Numbered from the stretch's first letter, positions 46,386 to 56,434 are shown. The stretch: DNA of 64,000 nt from Candidatus Levyibacteriota bacterium (GCA_036788695.1 DAIQMY010000004.1:8136-72135), one strand, 5' to 3'. The notes: generated by a model from the letters alone, not told the origin. Made by a program: numbers and translations.

Positions 46386-46724
46386 GTGATGATATCAACT
46401 ATGATACGCAAAAATATGAAAAACGAAAAGAGTGGAGCAAGCTCAGTTGTTACAGCAGGAATTGGCGCAGCAGTAGGCGCAGGGGTAGCAGTAGCAGCAG
46501 CAGTAGCTCTTAATAATCCAAACACAAAAGAAAAAATGGTGAATACTTTTGATGCCCTAAAAAATCAGGCATTGAATAAGATTCCACCTTTAGTTCATGA
46601 AGGAAAAAAGAATGTAGGCATGAAAAGACTTGGAAAAGATATCAAGAAGAGGGTGAATAAAAAAGCCTCAAAAATAAAAAGCGCTACATCAAATGTAAAT
46701 AAGTCTTCAACTGCGGCAAATTAA
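46386..46724 (+). CDS. hypothetical small basic protein with Ala/Gly-rich hydrophobic segment
   Basis: Intact 112-aa ORF. Confidence 0.25.
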   Translation: MMISTMIRKNMKNEKSGASSVVTAGIGAAVGAGVAVAAAVALNNPNTKEKMVNTFDALKNQALNKIPPLVHEGKKNVGMKRLGKDIKKRVNKKASKIKSATSNVNKSSTAAN

Positions 46725-47120
46725 CTATTCATTCTCAGGGATGTTAAATTGTTTGAATTTTTCCTTGGGTATAAAACGAATTGAGAGCGAATTGACGCAA
46801 TGTCTAGTGTTCTTGTCAGTTAGGCGTTCGCCTTCAAAAACATGTCCTAAGTGTGCGTTGCAGGTTGCGCATTGAATTTCTGTTCGAGTGCCATCAGAAT
46901 CAGGTATTCGTTTAACTGCCTTAGGGTAATTTTCATCAAAAGATGGCCAACCGCAGCCTGCATCAAATTTTGCTTTTGAGGAGAAGAGTGGGGAGTTGCA
47001 TTGGCGGCAAATGAATGTTCCATCTTTATAGAAATTATCATACTCCCCGCTGAAAGGTGCTTCTGTTCCCCTTTCACGTATAATGTGTCTTTCTTCAGGA
47101 GTAAGAGTATTCAGTTTCAT
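46725..47120 (-). CDS. msrB: peptide-methionine (R)-S-oxide reductase
   Basis: RERGTEAPFSGEY, CRQCNSPLF, CGWPSF, HLGHVF. Confidence 0.85.
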   Translation of the reverse strand: MKLNTLTPEERHIIRERGTEAPFSGEYDNFYKDGTFICRQCNSPLFSSKAKFDAGCGWPSFDENYPKAVKRIPDSDGTRTEIQCATCNAHLGHVFEGERLTDKNTRHCVNSLSIRFIPKEKFKQFNIPENE

Positions 47121-47148
47121 CTAAGCATAAGTATACCAGAGAAAGTTG

Positions 47149-47862
47149 TTATTTTATGGAGGATAGAAAATCTGTTTTGTAAAATTCCATAAATTGCATA
47201 TATTTTATGGGGAGACGTTTTACCATTTCCTCAGGTAACCCTTTACGAGAGATATCTGAGGGCACAATAAATCGGAGCATTAAATCTGTGGCAGGCTCTA
47301 CCATGAGGTCCTTTTCGTTAAATTTTGTACTTAAAAAATCACGAGCACGCTTGTATGGTTCACCATTTTTTGCAAGAAGTCTTGATTTAACTTCAGCTAT
47401 ATGGATGTTTGTGTCTTCTACCTCTCCTTTTTTTCCTGCTTTGAACGTTAGGGCGTATTTGTATAATTCATTTACTTTCGCTGTTTTTTTCTGATCCGAA
47501 TGCTCAATGAGTACTCCGCTTGGATACCACGTGTTGAATCTAAATCCTCGTTTAGAACGTACCTCAGGATGAAGTTTTAAGAAAAAATTGGCAGTAAGTT
47601 GTGGGGTGAGTACAGTTTCTGAGTCTCTTGATTGTGTTTGGTATAAATAATCATGTGCGAATGCTTCAAAGACTTTCCCTGATGCATACCCTATTGCACC
47701 GTGTTCCCGGTCTGTTCCAAGGATACCTTTAAGGACATCTCTTACATGATTTAATGAGCTATTGTGTAGGGTTTTATTGAGTGCGCGCTTAATATCATAA
47801 TCTAACGTAGGTATTAATTCATTTCGAGCAATTATTCCTTTTTGGGCTTCAATGTTTGTCAT
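47149..47862 (-). CDS. hypothetical protein
   Basis: Intact 237-aa ORF. Confidence 0.3.
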   Translation of the reverse strand: MTNIEAQKGIIARNELIPTLDYDIKRALNKTLHNSSLNHVRDVLKGILGTDREHGAIGYASGKVFEAFAHDYLYQTQSRDSETVLTPQLTANFFLKLHPEVRSKRGFRFNTWYPSGVLIEHSDQKKTAKVNELYKYALTFKAGKKGEVEDTNIHIAEVKSRLLAKNGEPYKRARDFLSTKFNEKDLMVEPATDLMLRFIVPSDISRKGLPEEMVKRLPIKYMQFMEFYKTDFLSSIK

Positions 47863-47922
47863 AAGAGCGAAATTATAGCAGAAAAATGAAAAAATAAAAA
47901 TACATGGAGATACGCATACGAA

Positions 47923-48633
47923 TCACTGCGGCAATATATAGCCTTTTTTCTGAATAGAAGAGATTATGCGTGGGGTTTTTTCGTTTTCTTCAAGCTTTTT
48001 TTGAAGTCTGCTTACCATAGCGCGTAAATTATTCACGTTTCCTGTATTTGTCAAAGAAATTAGCTCTTGATAGGAAACGAATTCACCAGTTTTTTGTGCT
48101 AGAGCAAAAAGTATTTCAAATTCATTTTTGGTAACAGGAATAATTTTTCCTTTTTTTTCCACTTTTCGCGTGACAAGATCTATTTTAAGCCCCCGTATTT
48201 CTACGTGTTTATTATTTTGGTTTGCTATCTGTGGGTATTTGCGCATACCACTTTCATTCATTCTATTCTGTATTGTTTGCATATGAGCAGATAGTACTTC
48301 CGGCGCTTCAGATGTAATATGTACATGATCTGCCCCCCTATCAAGGTATTTCGCAACTTTTTTGTCGGCAAATTGAGAAGAGGGTATGGTTACAATTGTT
48401 CCCGGTGGAAGTGCATCTTGTAAGGAACCTAAGCTAGACTCTGCCACAAGAAAAATACCTTTCTTACGAAGTAAATTCATAGCCTCCATTGCATCGCTAG
48501 GATTTTGCAAATAGGTTACGTTGTGATCTAATAATCGTAAATCATGCGTAAACAACATTTCTTCCCACCCTTTTATATCAAGGGCTACAGCAGAGGTTTT
48601 ATGCGGTTGTAGCATTTCTTTTCCCATACTCAT
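47923..48633 (-). CDS. OmpR/PhoB-type winged-helix DNA-binding protein with degenerate N-terminal receiver-like domain
   Basis: C-terminus GKIIPVTKNEFEILFALAQKTGEFVSYQELI is a trans_reg_C motif. The N-terminal domain lacks a canonical acid pocket. Confidence 0.55.
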   Translation of the reverse strand: MSMGKEMLQPHKTSAVALDIKGWEEMLFTHDLRLLDHNVTYLQNPSDAMEAMNLLRKKGIFLVAESSLGSLQDALPPGTIVTIPSSQFADKKVAKYLDRGADHVHITSEAPEVLSAHMQTIQNRMNESGMRKYPQIANQNNKHVEIRGLKIDLVTRKVEKKGKIIPVTKNEFEILFALAQKTGEFVSYQELISLTNTGNVNNLRAMVSRLQKKLEENEKTPRIISSIQKKGYILPQ

Positions 48634-48733
48634 ATTTTGGTATTATACTTCTATAAAAATGATTTTTCAAAGTGCATCATTTTTTTACAGTTCTTGCTTT
48701 ACATTTTAAGATTTAGGTATTATTATCAGATAG

Positions 48734-49072
48734 ATGTCACTAAAAGAAGGGAATAATAGTTCTGAATATATTCTAACAAACAGAGAGAAGACTCAGGAAG
48801 TTCGGAGAAGACCGGTTCAAGATAAAAAACCAGAAGGTTCGCCCATAAAAACATCCGATAGCAAGAAAAATAGATTTGCGTTTCAGGCAGATGTAAGAAT
48901 TATGGGGATGACGTCACAATCGGAAGTTACAAAATTTATTCAGGAGGAGAGAGGTGATTTAGCATCAAGTGGGCATGTTTCTGATAAGCTAAGGGCTATG
49001 GCTTCAAATGGGAACCTACCTCAATCTGATGGTACTACTGATGCCTTGCGAAAAATCCTTCGTAGAGAATAG
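48734..49072 (+). CDS. hypothetical protein
   Basis: Intact 112-aa ORF. Confidence 0.2.
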   Translation: MSLKEGNNSSEYILTNREKTQEVRRRPVQDKKPEGSPIKTSDSKKNRFAFQADVRIMGMTSQSEVTKFIQEERGDLASSGHVSDKLRAMASNGNLPQSDGTTDALRKILRRE

Positions 49073-49123
49073 TATTGTGACTTGTTTCCTTGACATCGTA
49101 TGGTTTAGTGTTACTATTACAAT

Positions 49124-49723
49124 ATGAGTGTAAAACTTTGGATAATTATAGGTGCAGCAGTTATAATACTTGCAGGTCTTTTTGGTTTCATGTACGTGCA
49201 AAATATGACAAATAAGGCAGCAATAGATACCATGATGAAGAAATCTTCGTCCTCAGAATCTTCTGCGTTTTCATCCCTTTCAGATATATTTACCAACAAA
49301 TCTTTGAGTTTAACTTGCGAATTTACGGATGAGGAGGGTAGAAAAACGAAAACGTATATTAAAAGCGGAAAAGTAAGAGCAGAGATTATAGGTAGGGAAG
49401 CTGCTGATTCTGGAACTATAATTGTAAAAGAAGAAACTATGTATTTTTGGAATGGAGCGCAGGGTATGATGATGAAATATGATACGAAACAAATAACAGG
49501 TCAAGATACTCAAAACTCGAATGCAGCTCAGGGGCAAGCAGCTCTTCAGGGAATAGAGCAATATAGACAGTCTTGTCACCCTGCAGTAGTTTCAGATTCA
49601 CTATTTACTCCACCCGCAGATGTAAAGTTTCAGGACTTATCAGAATTGATGAAAATGATGCCAAGCGGTGTAGTTAATCCGAGCATTAATCCTTCACAAT
49701 ACCAAGAATTCATGCAGCAGTAA
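49124..49723 (+). CDS. membrane-anchored hypothetical protein, paralog A of the pair flanking topoisomerase IB
   Basis: SLTCEFTDEEGRKTKTYIKSGKV and IEQYRQSCHPAVVSDSLFTPPADVKF are shared with the 50852..51412 product. Confidence 0.4.
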   Translation: MSVKLWIIIGAAVIILAGLFGFMYVQNMTNKAAIDTMMKKSSSSESSAFSSLSDIFTNKSLSLTCEFTDEEGRKTKTYIKSGKVRAEIIGREAADSGTIIVKEETMYFWNGAQGMMMKYDTKQITGQDTQNSNAAQGQAALQGIEQYRQSCHPAVVSDSLFTPPADVKFQDLSELMKMMPSGVVNPSINPSQYQEFMQQ

Positions 49724-49750
49724 CAGTAAAAATTTCAATCCATCAGGCGA

Positions 49751-50794
49751 CTAGTTCATGAGCCCTCTAATCATAGCTACCACATTATTTTCGTCATCGT
49801 CTAATCCATCTATTCTTTTTACCTTTTTAGCATTTGCCATTTTTCCCCAGTTTGAAAGTACTGATCCTTTTATGTAAGCATCTATAACGTGAGGATGAAT
49901 GTAGTATTTCCTGCAAGTAGTAGGCTTGTTTCGCAAATGACTTGCGACTTTTTTCACTGTCTCAACTATATTTTTCTTTGACTCATCCTCCTGAAGTGTG
50001 ATTCCCGCCTTATCAAATGCTGTTGCGGCAAGAACAGTTCCTCCCCATGTTCTAAAGTCTTTTGCAGTAATTTCTGCTCCTGTAATTTCCTGAAGATAAG
50101 TGTTTACATCCTGCGAGGAGATAGTCTGAATAACACCATCTTCATCTTTATACTCAAATAGATCTTGACCCGGAAGCTCTTTACATCTTCTTACAATTTT
50201 TGCGACCTTTTTGTTTTTAATGCTTACATTATGATATACGCCTGACTTTCCTTTAAACTGAAAAACTATATTTGATTTATAGGAAACACTTGCATGTCTG
50301 TTTTTAAGCGTAGTAAGCCCATAGGACTTGTTATCGCGCTCATATTCCTCATTCCCAATTCTTATGAGCGTATTTTCAAGAAGCCAGACAACCGCGGAAA
50401 TTACTTTTTTCCTTTGAATACCCATTAGTGTTAAGTCTTGCTTGACAGTAGCTCTTATTTTGGGGAGATGCTGTGCAAATTCTAAGAGATGTGAAAATTT
50501 TTCTTGCTGTGAGATTTGATTCCAAAGTGGATGATATCTGTATTGTTTACGTCCCTTTATATCATATCCTGTTGCCTGGAGGTGTCCGTTTGCGTACGCG
50601 CATATCCAGACATTTTTATAGGCAGGGGGAATTACAAGTTTCTGTATTCTATCAATTATCTTTTGATCTGTGATTTTTTTTCCTTCCGTATCAAAATATT
50701 CAAATAAGTTTTTGACTCTTTTTCTTGAATATCCAGATTTTTTATCTGTTGTGTACCGTAGTCTTGTATTTTTTAATAAATCACTGTCTGTCAT
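49751..50794 (-). CDS. DNA topoisomerase IB (poxvirus-type)
   Basis: GRKQYRYHPLW, FKGKSGV, ITAKDFRTWGGT, RKYYIHP (catalytic Tyr region) align with vaccinia/bacterial TopIB. Confidence 0.8.
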   Translation of the reverse strand: MTDSDLLKNTRLRYTTDKKSGYSRKRVKNLFEYFDTEGKKITDQKIIDRIQKLVIPPAYKNVWICAYANGHLQATGYDIKGRKQYRYHPLWNQISQQEKFSHLLEFAQHLPKIRATVKQDLTLMGIQRKKVISAVVWLLENTLIRIGNEEYERDNKSYGLTTLKNRHASVSYKSNIVFQFKGKSGVYHNVSIKNKKVAKIVRRCKELPGQDLFEYKDEDGVIQTISSQDVNTYLQEITGAEITAKDFRTWGGTVLAATAFDKAGITLQEDESKKNIVETVKKVASHLRNKPTTCRKYYIHPHVIDAYIKGSVLSNWGKMANAKKVKRIDGLDDDENNVVAMIRGLMN

Positions 50795-50851
50795 CCACCT
50801 ATTATAGAGTATTACTTGAATGATGAATAGGCTTTTTTGTAGTATTAGTAT

Positions 50852-51412
50852 GTGCGAACAAAAATCGGAATCATTTTACTTATTATTGCTGCTTTTTTGA
50901 TGTTTTTTGGGGGATATGTAGTTGTTCAGAATGCTCGAAAAATGTTTACCCCAGAAAAAAGTGCTTCCCAAGACGGTCTTTTTAGTTCACTTGAGGATAT
51001 TCTCACAAAAAAAATGAGTATAACGTGTGATTATATAGATGAGGAGGGAAGGAAAACAAAAACGTATATAAAGAACGGAAAAATATATATTCAGGTTGTG
51101 TCCATAAATCCAGCAGAAAACATTACTGTTATATACCAGAATAATATGGTATATATTTGGGACAGTAATAGTGCTACAAAAATTTCACTGCCGGATAGCT
51201 TTATAAAGACTGCTAGCTTAGGTATGCAACAGCAAATTACACAGGGAATAGAAAAATACAGGGATAGTTGCGTGGAAGCATTTGTTTCAGACGCTATTTT
51301 TATACCTCCAGCAGACCGAAAATTTGTAGACATATCGGATGTGAAGGCTAATGAAAACGCGCCCACTCAGATGTACAAGCAGGTGGTAGATAGGTATGGC
51401 GAGCTTCAATAA
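50852..51412 (+). CDS. membrane-anchored hypothetical protein, paralog B
   Basis: SITCDYIDEEGRKTKTYIKNGKI; IEKYRDSCVEAFVSDAIFIPPADRKF. Confidence 0.4.
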   Translation: MRTKIGIILLIIAAFLMFFGGYVVVQNARKMFTPEKSASQDGLFSSLEDILTKKMSITCDYIDEEGRKTKTYIKNGKIYIQVVSINPAENITVIYQNNMVYIWDSNSATKISLPDSFIKTASLGMQQQITQGIEKYRDSCVEAFVSDAIFIPPADRKFVDISDVKANENAPTQMYKQVVDRYGELQ

Positions 51413-51544
51413 TTTTATTTTTCGAGTGCATACTCCATGTGTAGATGAGAGATGGAGTGGGTAGCATTTGCGCAATAAAAAGTAAGAACCCAGTATCAGC
51501 GTCCGCGAAGCTTCATTTGAAGGCGGAAGTATAAGATTGATTTA

Positions 51545-52036
51545 TTAAGCCTTTTCGTATTCGCCCATTTTAAGCCATTCAATGTATGTGCATCCGGTTG
51601 CCATGCGCTTCTCTTTATCCCATCCTGCGGTTTGGCATTTTTTCATCTTTTTCCCAGTTGCAGTAGTGTAAAGTACTAATTTACTGCCGCACATGGGACA
51701 ATCTTCATCTAGGTCTTCACTTGATCCGTTAATCCATTCAACATAGTCACAACCTGTTGCTTTTTTTGTTTCCTTATCCCATACATTAGTGCTGCATTTC
51801 TTCATTTTCTTTCCGCTTTTTGTTGTGGTCAAAACAAGTGGGCTTCCGCACTTAGGACACTTCTCAGAAAGAGTTTCTGGCTCTACCTCCAACCACTTAA
51901 CATAATCGCATCCAATATTTTTTCTCTCATCCTTATCCCATGATCCGGACGAGCATCTTTGAAGTTTTTTACCTGTTGTCGTAATGGTTATTGGAGACAA
52001 TTCTGATCCGCACTTGGGGCAAGTTGTATCACTCAT
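51545..52036 (-). CDS. stand-alone protein of three tandem topoisomerase-type (zf-C4_Topoisom / GRF-like) zinc ribbons
   Basis: Three ~50-aa repeats, each CPKCGS-x17-C-x15-C-x-Y-x-x-W (e.g. CPKCGSPLVLTTTKSGKKMKKCSTNVWDKETKKATGCDYVEWI). Confidence 0.55.
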   Translation of the reverse strand: MSDTTCPKCGSELSPITITTTGKKLQRCSSGSWDKDERKNIGCDYVKWLEVEPETLSEKCPKCGSPLVLTTTKSGKKMKKCSTNVWDKETKKATGCDYVEWINGSSEDLDEDCPMCGSKLVLYTTATGKKMKKCQTAGWDKEKRMATGCTYIEWLKMGEYEKA

Positions 52037-52094
52037 AGTATCTAATACTATGTGAGATATTTATACATGTCAATACTTGACATTGGCATAGTGC

Positions 52095-52307
52095 ATGTTT
52101 CATAGTAGTAATATGACAAAGAAAAAAATAAAATCACGTTCTAAAGAAAACGTATGGGAGAAATACAAAATATTTATTATTCCCTCTGCTATAGGTGGGA
52201 TAATAGCATGGTTCTTTTCAGCAAGTTTTGAGTTGGGTGTTGCTGTTTTTATAGCAGTATGGATTGGTAATTGGATTGGAATGCAGATGAGGTCAAAAAA
52301 TAAGTAG
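52095..52307 (+). CDS. small membrane protein (70 aa)
   Basis: Two hydrophobic segments. Confidence 0.2.
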   Translation: MFHSSNMTKKKIKSRSKENVWEKYKIFIIPSAIGGIIAWFFSASFELGVAVFIAVWIGNWIGMQMRSKNK

Positions 52308-52373
52308 TTTCTCTCAACCTCTAAAATGCATTTTACTTCATATACACTTCTTATGAGACCAGTACTGCAATAA

Positions 52374-52637
52374 ATGAGGATCGTAGTATTCTTAGATAGT
52401 ATGAAAAATGATCACTCTAAAAGTTTCAAGGCACTATCTATTGTTCTTATATTTTCAGTTATTTTTCTTTTTCTTTTCATACCAGCTGCAACATTTGGCA
52501 CATCATTTGAAAACACGACTGATCAGGTAACAGATGTAGTAGACCAAGCAGATGGGAAGGATAATTTTACTCCTGGAAAGATAGAGGGGCTAAGTGTGTT
52601 TCAAAAAATACATACATCATTTAATGGAGGAAATTAG
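52374..52637 (+). CDS. small secreted/membrane protein (87 aa)
   Basis: N-terminal TM. Confidence 0.2.
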   Translation: MRIVVFLDSMKNDHSKSFKALSIVLIFSVIFLFLFIPAATFGTSFENTTDQVTDVVDQADGKDNFTPGKIEGLSVFQKIHTSFNGGN

Positions 52638-52678
52638 TAATTGTTGCATGTTTTTTGTTTTTCTGAAATACTGATTGA

Positions 52679-53149
52679 ATGAGACTTATTAGATTTATTG
52701 TTGCACTATCTATCTGTTTTTTTGTTGCGGGTCTTGGAAGTTTTGTTACATATCCCTCAATTTCTACATGGTATGCGTTTCTAGTAAAGCCCTTTTTTAC
52801 TCCCCCGGCATTTGTTTTTGGACCAGTTTGGACAATTCTGTATCTTATGATGGGAACAGCGTTTTATATTATTTGGGATAAAAAAACAAAAAATAGAAAA
52901 GTATTTCTACTGGCAGTGAAATTTTTTATGGTGCAGCTCGTTTTAAATTTTTTTTGGTCATATGCATTTTTTTACCTTCATATGCCCTGGTTATCAGTTT
53001 TAGTTATAGCACTTCTTTGGCTAAGCATTTTTATATGCATAAAATTATTTTCTAAAATTTCAAAAATTTCAGGGTATTTATTATATCCTTATATTGCATG
53101 GGTTAGCTTTGCTTCATTGCTAAATATAGCAATTGCCGCGTTAAATTAA
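52679..53149 (+). CDS. tspO: TspO/MBR tryptophan-rich sensory protein
   Basis: PPAFVFGPVWTILYLMMGTAFYIIW; 5 TM. Confidence 0.7.
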   Translation: MRLIRFIVALSICFFVAGLGSFVTYPSISTWYAFLVKPFFTPPAFVFGPVWTILYLMMGTAFYIIWDKKTKNRKVFLLAVKFFMVQLVLNFFWSYAFFYLHMPWLSVLVIALLWLSIFICIKLFSKISKISGYLLYPYIAWVSFASLLNIAIAALN

Positions 53150-53181
53150 CTAATTGCAGCATTATTTGCTACAATATACTC

Positions 53182-53832
53182 GTGACTTCTACGGTACGTC
53201 AAAAACTTGATACATTTTTTTCTCAACATAAGCTTCGCCTCATTAAAAAAGGTGAAATTATTATAAGAGCTCAAGAAGATCCTACAGGAATCTTTTATTT
53301 AACTTCTGGTGTGGTTAAAGAATATCTCATCTCTAAAAAAGGGGAAGAACTGGTGGTTAATGTTTTTAAGCCATATTCTTTTTTCCCTATGTCTTACGCA
53401 TTAAATAATAATCGCAACAATTATTATTTTGAGGCTGTTAATGACTGTCAATTGAGACGAGCGCCCAAGGCAGATGTTTTAGCCTTTGTTCAAGGAAACG
53501 CAGATATAATGTATGATCTGTTAGCGCGTGTGTATTCTGGTACTGACGGGATGATGGTGCGAATGGCATACCTTATGGGTGGAAGCGCATATGAACGGCT
53601 TGTTTCAGAGCTAGTAATTCAGCTAGAACGGTTTGGAGAAAAGAATTCGTCTGGTGGAAGTTTTCTATCTGTTTCAGAGAAAGACTTGGCGGCACTGACA
53701 GGCATGACAAGAGAGACTGTAAGCCGGGAGCTGAAAATTTTAAAGGATAAAAATTTGGTGAGCTTTAACAGAAATTTTTTAGTGGTTGAGGATATAGATA
53801 AATTAAAAGAAGAAGTTTTAGGTGGAGTTTAG
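53182..53832 (+). CDS. Crp/Fnr-family transcriptional regulator
   Basis: cNMP-binding-like N-terminus; C-terminal HTH LAALTGMTRETVSRELKIL. Confidence 0.7.
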   Translation: MTSTVRQKLDTFFSQHKLRLIKKGEIIIRAQEDPTGIFYLTSGVVKEYLISKKGEELVVNVFKPYSFFPMSYALNNNRNNYYFEAVNDCQLRRAPKADVLAFVQGNADIMYDLLARVYSGTDGMMVRMAYLMGGSAYERLVSELVIQLERFGEKNSSGGSFLSVSEKDLAALTGMTRETVSRELKILKDKNLVSFNRNFLVVEDIDKLKEEVLGGV

Positions 53833-54185
53833 AGTGAGGTTTTAGTAATAACTTCTTTTGTGGGGATTATTCTTGTTCTTTTTTTCTTACTTCCCGGCAT
53901 ATTATTGGGTAGCAGATATCCTTGCCAATGACCTTCTCCGACAAATAGCTCTAAATGGGTTAAGTCGGTAAGATTTGGCTCATTTATCACTTCATACATT
54001 CGGTAATTTCCTCTGGAAAGTACGCAATTTATTTTATGTGTATTCTTAGATGAAACCAGTATCTCACCAATTTCTTGAGCAAATATGAATGCAAAGGATT
54101 TAGTTTCGTCCATTCGCAGTATTTTTGTATCTGTTTTTGTTTCAAAAAGAACGTAATGCCCAATTTTGATGAGTCTAATCACCAT
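53829..54185 (-). CDS. hypothetical protein
   Basis: Intact 118-aa ORF overlapping the crp stop by 4 nt. Confidence 0.25.
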   Translation of the reverse strand: MVIRLIKIGHYVLFETKTDTKILRMDETKSFAFIFAQEIGEILVSSKNTHKINCVLSRGNYRMYEVINEPNLTDLTHLELFVGEGHWQGYLLPNNMPGSKKKRTRIIPTKEVITKTSL

Positions 54186-54374
54186 TCTATAGTAAGTGCT
54201 ATATTACTTATTGTCGTTGATTCTAATCAATGAAGTGGTAGGTAAAAAGTTTTATAGTATTGTAAAGTGAAGTTAATTCTGAGGATTGCTATCTGTGAAT
54301 TTAGAGATTATCTAAGAGATATAAAAATTTTATGGAGGTTTTACAAGCATAGTATACGGTAAAGGAGGTGAAGT

Positions 54375-54749
54375 ATGTTTAAAGCAGATATTAAAGATAT
54401 AACGAAGAATAATACTAATTTTCGGAAAGTACTGCATACAGGAGGAAACGCTCAATTAGTTGTAATGAGTATCCTAAAGGGCAGTGAGATAGGGGAGGAG
54501 GTGCATGCTGGAACAGATCAGATTTTGGTTTTTGTTCAAGGTAAGGCTAAGGCTGTCTTGAATGGAGAGGAGAAAGATTTTTCAAAACACGATCTATTAT
54601 TTGTTCCGGCGGGTACAGTTCACAACATAATAAATTCAGGAGATGAAGACTTGAAGTTATATACAATTTACGCTCCACCTGAACATCTAGACGGAACTAT
54701 ACACAGAACTCGTGAAGATGCGCAGCTTGAGCACAGTATAAAGGAATAA
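54375..54749 (+). CDS. cupin-domain protein
   Basis: GEEVHAGTDQILVFVQG...FVPAGTVHNIIN; preceded by a perfect SD AAGGAGGTGAAG. Confidence 0.6.
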   Translation: MFKADIKDITKNNTNFRKVLHTGGNAQLVVMSILKGSEIGEEVHAGTDQILVFVQGKAKAVLNGEEKDFSKHDLLFVPAGTVHNIINSGDEDLKLYTIYAPPEHLDGTIHRTREDAQLEHSIKE

Positions 54750-54833
54750 AAAGTTACGGTTAAAATTTCTGGTTCTTTTTGGTAAAATATAAAATGACTT
54801 AAATGCGGAGACGTTCGTGTTTATTGTTTTTTT

Positions 54834-56015
54834 ATGCACAAGAACAGGAATTTATTAATTATTGCTCTTATCGCGATGGTGAATATGCTCGGGTACGGAA
54901 TAATTATTCCGATTCTCTACGGGTATTCTAAAAAGTTTGGTTTATCAGATTTTGAAAATGGTCTGCTGTTTGCACTTTTTTCAATTTGTCAGTTTATATC
55001 AACCCCAATTATAGGGCGTTTATCTGATAAATACGGTAGACGGCCATTGCTAGTTACATCAATTTTGGGGACAGTTGCGTCATTTTTTGTCATGGCATTT
55101 GCTCCAAGTGCGCTATTTTTATTTCTTGCTCGAGCTCTAGACGGATTAACTGCTGGGAATATTCCAGTTGTGTTTGCTGTAATATCAGATTCTACAAAGC
55201 CTGAGGATCGTCCACGTGCATTTGGTTTAGTTGGAGCAGCTTTTAGTTTTGGATTTGTGTTTGGTCCTGCTGTTGCCGCGTTTACGGTAGGATTTGGAGA
55301 GGGCGTGCCGTTTATTATTGCTGGAGTAATCACGCTTATTGCAGCAATATTAACCATTCTTTTTCTTCCTGAAACAAATAAGCATATGGGAGAAGTGAGA
55401 CATGGAAAACTATTTGATTTCCCGCTTATGGTAAAAACGCTTGTAAATCCTGAAGTTGGTCCTACGTTTCTTATTTCTCTTATATTTTTTCTTGCCTTTT
55501 CATGTTCAATTATTTATGGATTCCAACCATTTGTACTAAATGTGCTGCACCTTTCACCCTCTCAAAATGCTATGCTTTTTACCCTTTTTGGTATAGTGGG
55601 GCTCATAACTCAAACGCTTTTAGTACAAAGGTTTTCTAAATGGTTAGGAGTGAAGCGCGCATTTATGACATCAATTATTTTTACAGCGTTTGCTATGCTT
55701 ATCATGCCACTATTTAATTCAGTCAGCATTTTTATTTTCGCAATGATTATCTTGGGATTATTTAACAGTATCGTGCAGACTCTAATTCCTGCAATTTTAT
55801 CTCAGGAGGCGGACGCAAAATCCCAAGGGTCAGTTATGGGATTAAACGCTTCATACCAAAGTATTGGGATGATCATAGGTCCAATATTAGGGGGAACTCT
55901 TGCGACAATTGCGATACCGTTACCTTTTATAGTAGGTGCACTTTTGGTAGCTTTGTGTTTCTTTCTTTCCTTCAAGGTTATGCAGAAGGGCATGAAGAAA
56001 GATTCAGCTTTTTAA
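54834..56015 (+). CDS. MFS transporter
   Basis: GRLSDKYGRRP motif; 12 TM. Confidence 0.7.
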   Translation: MHKNRNLLIIALIAMVNMLGYGIIIPILYGYSKKFGLSDFENGLLFALFSICQFISTPIIGRLSDKYGRRPLLVTSILGTVASFFVMAFAPSALFLFLARALDGLTAGNIPVVFAVISDSTKPEDRPRAFGLVGAAFSFGFVFGPAVAAFTVGFGEGVPFIIAGVITLIAAILTILFLPETNKHMGEVRHGKLFDFPLMVKTLVNPEVGPTFLISLIFFLAFSCSIIYGFQPFVLNVLHLSPSQNAMLFTLFGIVGLITQTLLVQRFSKWLGVKRAFMTSIIFTAFAMLIMPLFNSVSIFIFAMIILGLFNSIVQTLIPAILSQEADAKSQGSVMGLNASYQSIGMIIGPILGGTLATIAIPLPFIVGALLVALCFFLSFKVMQKGMKKDSAF

Positions 56016-56077
56016 GTCTTCTAAGCCATTTTGAGCAAACTCACATACTTTTTCTAGAGTAATGATACACTGATAGC

Positions 56078-56434
56078 GTGAATAAACTTCGTACTATTTT
56101 ATATATTGCGCCTCGGGGATTGGGAATTTTATATATTTGTTTTTTGGGAATTTTTGCATTAGATGTGTTTTTGCACGCAAGACCTATTCATGAAGTCTTA
56201 GTGAGTCTTTTAATGCATTTAATTCCGAATATTATTTTTCTCATAGCGTTAATTTTTGCTTGGAGATACGAGCGGATAGGAGGGGGAGCGTTTTTTATTT
56301 TAGGTTTATTTACTACGATTTTTTTTAGCACATACACTTCATTTATCAGTTTCATGCTTATATCTTTCCCCACTTTTTTAGTAGCAGTTTTATTTTTAGC
56401 TCATAATGTATTGGGGAAAAAGTCTCGCAAGTGA
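56078..56434 (+). CDS. membrane hypothetical protein
   Basis: 4 TM. Confidence 0.3.
   Translation: MNKLRTILYIAPRGLGILYICFLGIFALDVFLHARPIHEVLVSLLMHLIPNIIFLIALIFAWRYERIGGGAFFILGLFTTIFFSTYTSFISFMLISFPTFLVAVLFLAHNVLGKKSRK

Noticed and set aside
51413-51544. Hairpins (CTCCAT/ATGGAG; TCCGC-GAAGCTTC-...-GCGGA) between convergent genes as intrinsic terminators
   Set aside because: The stems are short or imperfect and lack flanking T-runs on either strand. They are plausible but not supportable as terminators from sequence alone.
54989-55357. Minus-strand ORF 54989..55357 (122 aa)
   Set aside because: Antisense within the MFS transporter gene 54834..56015.
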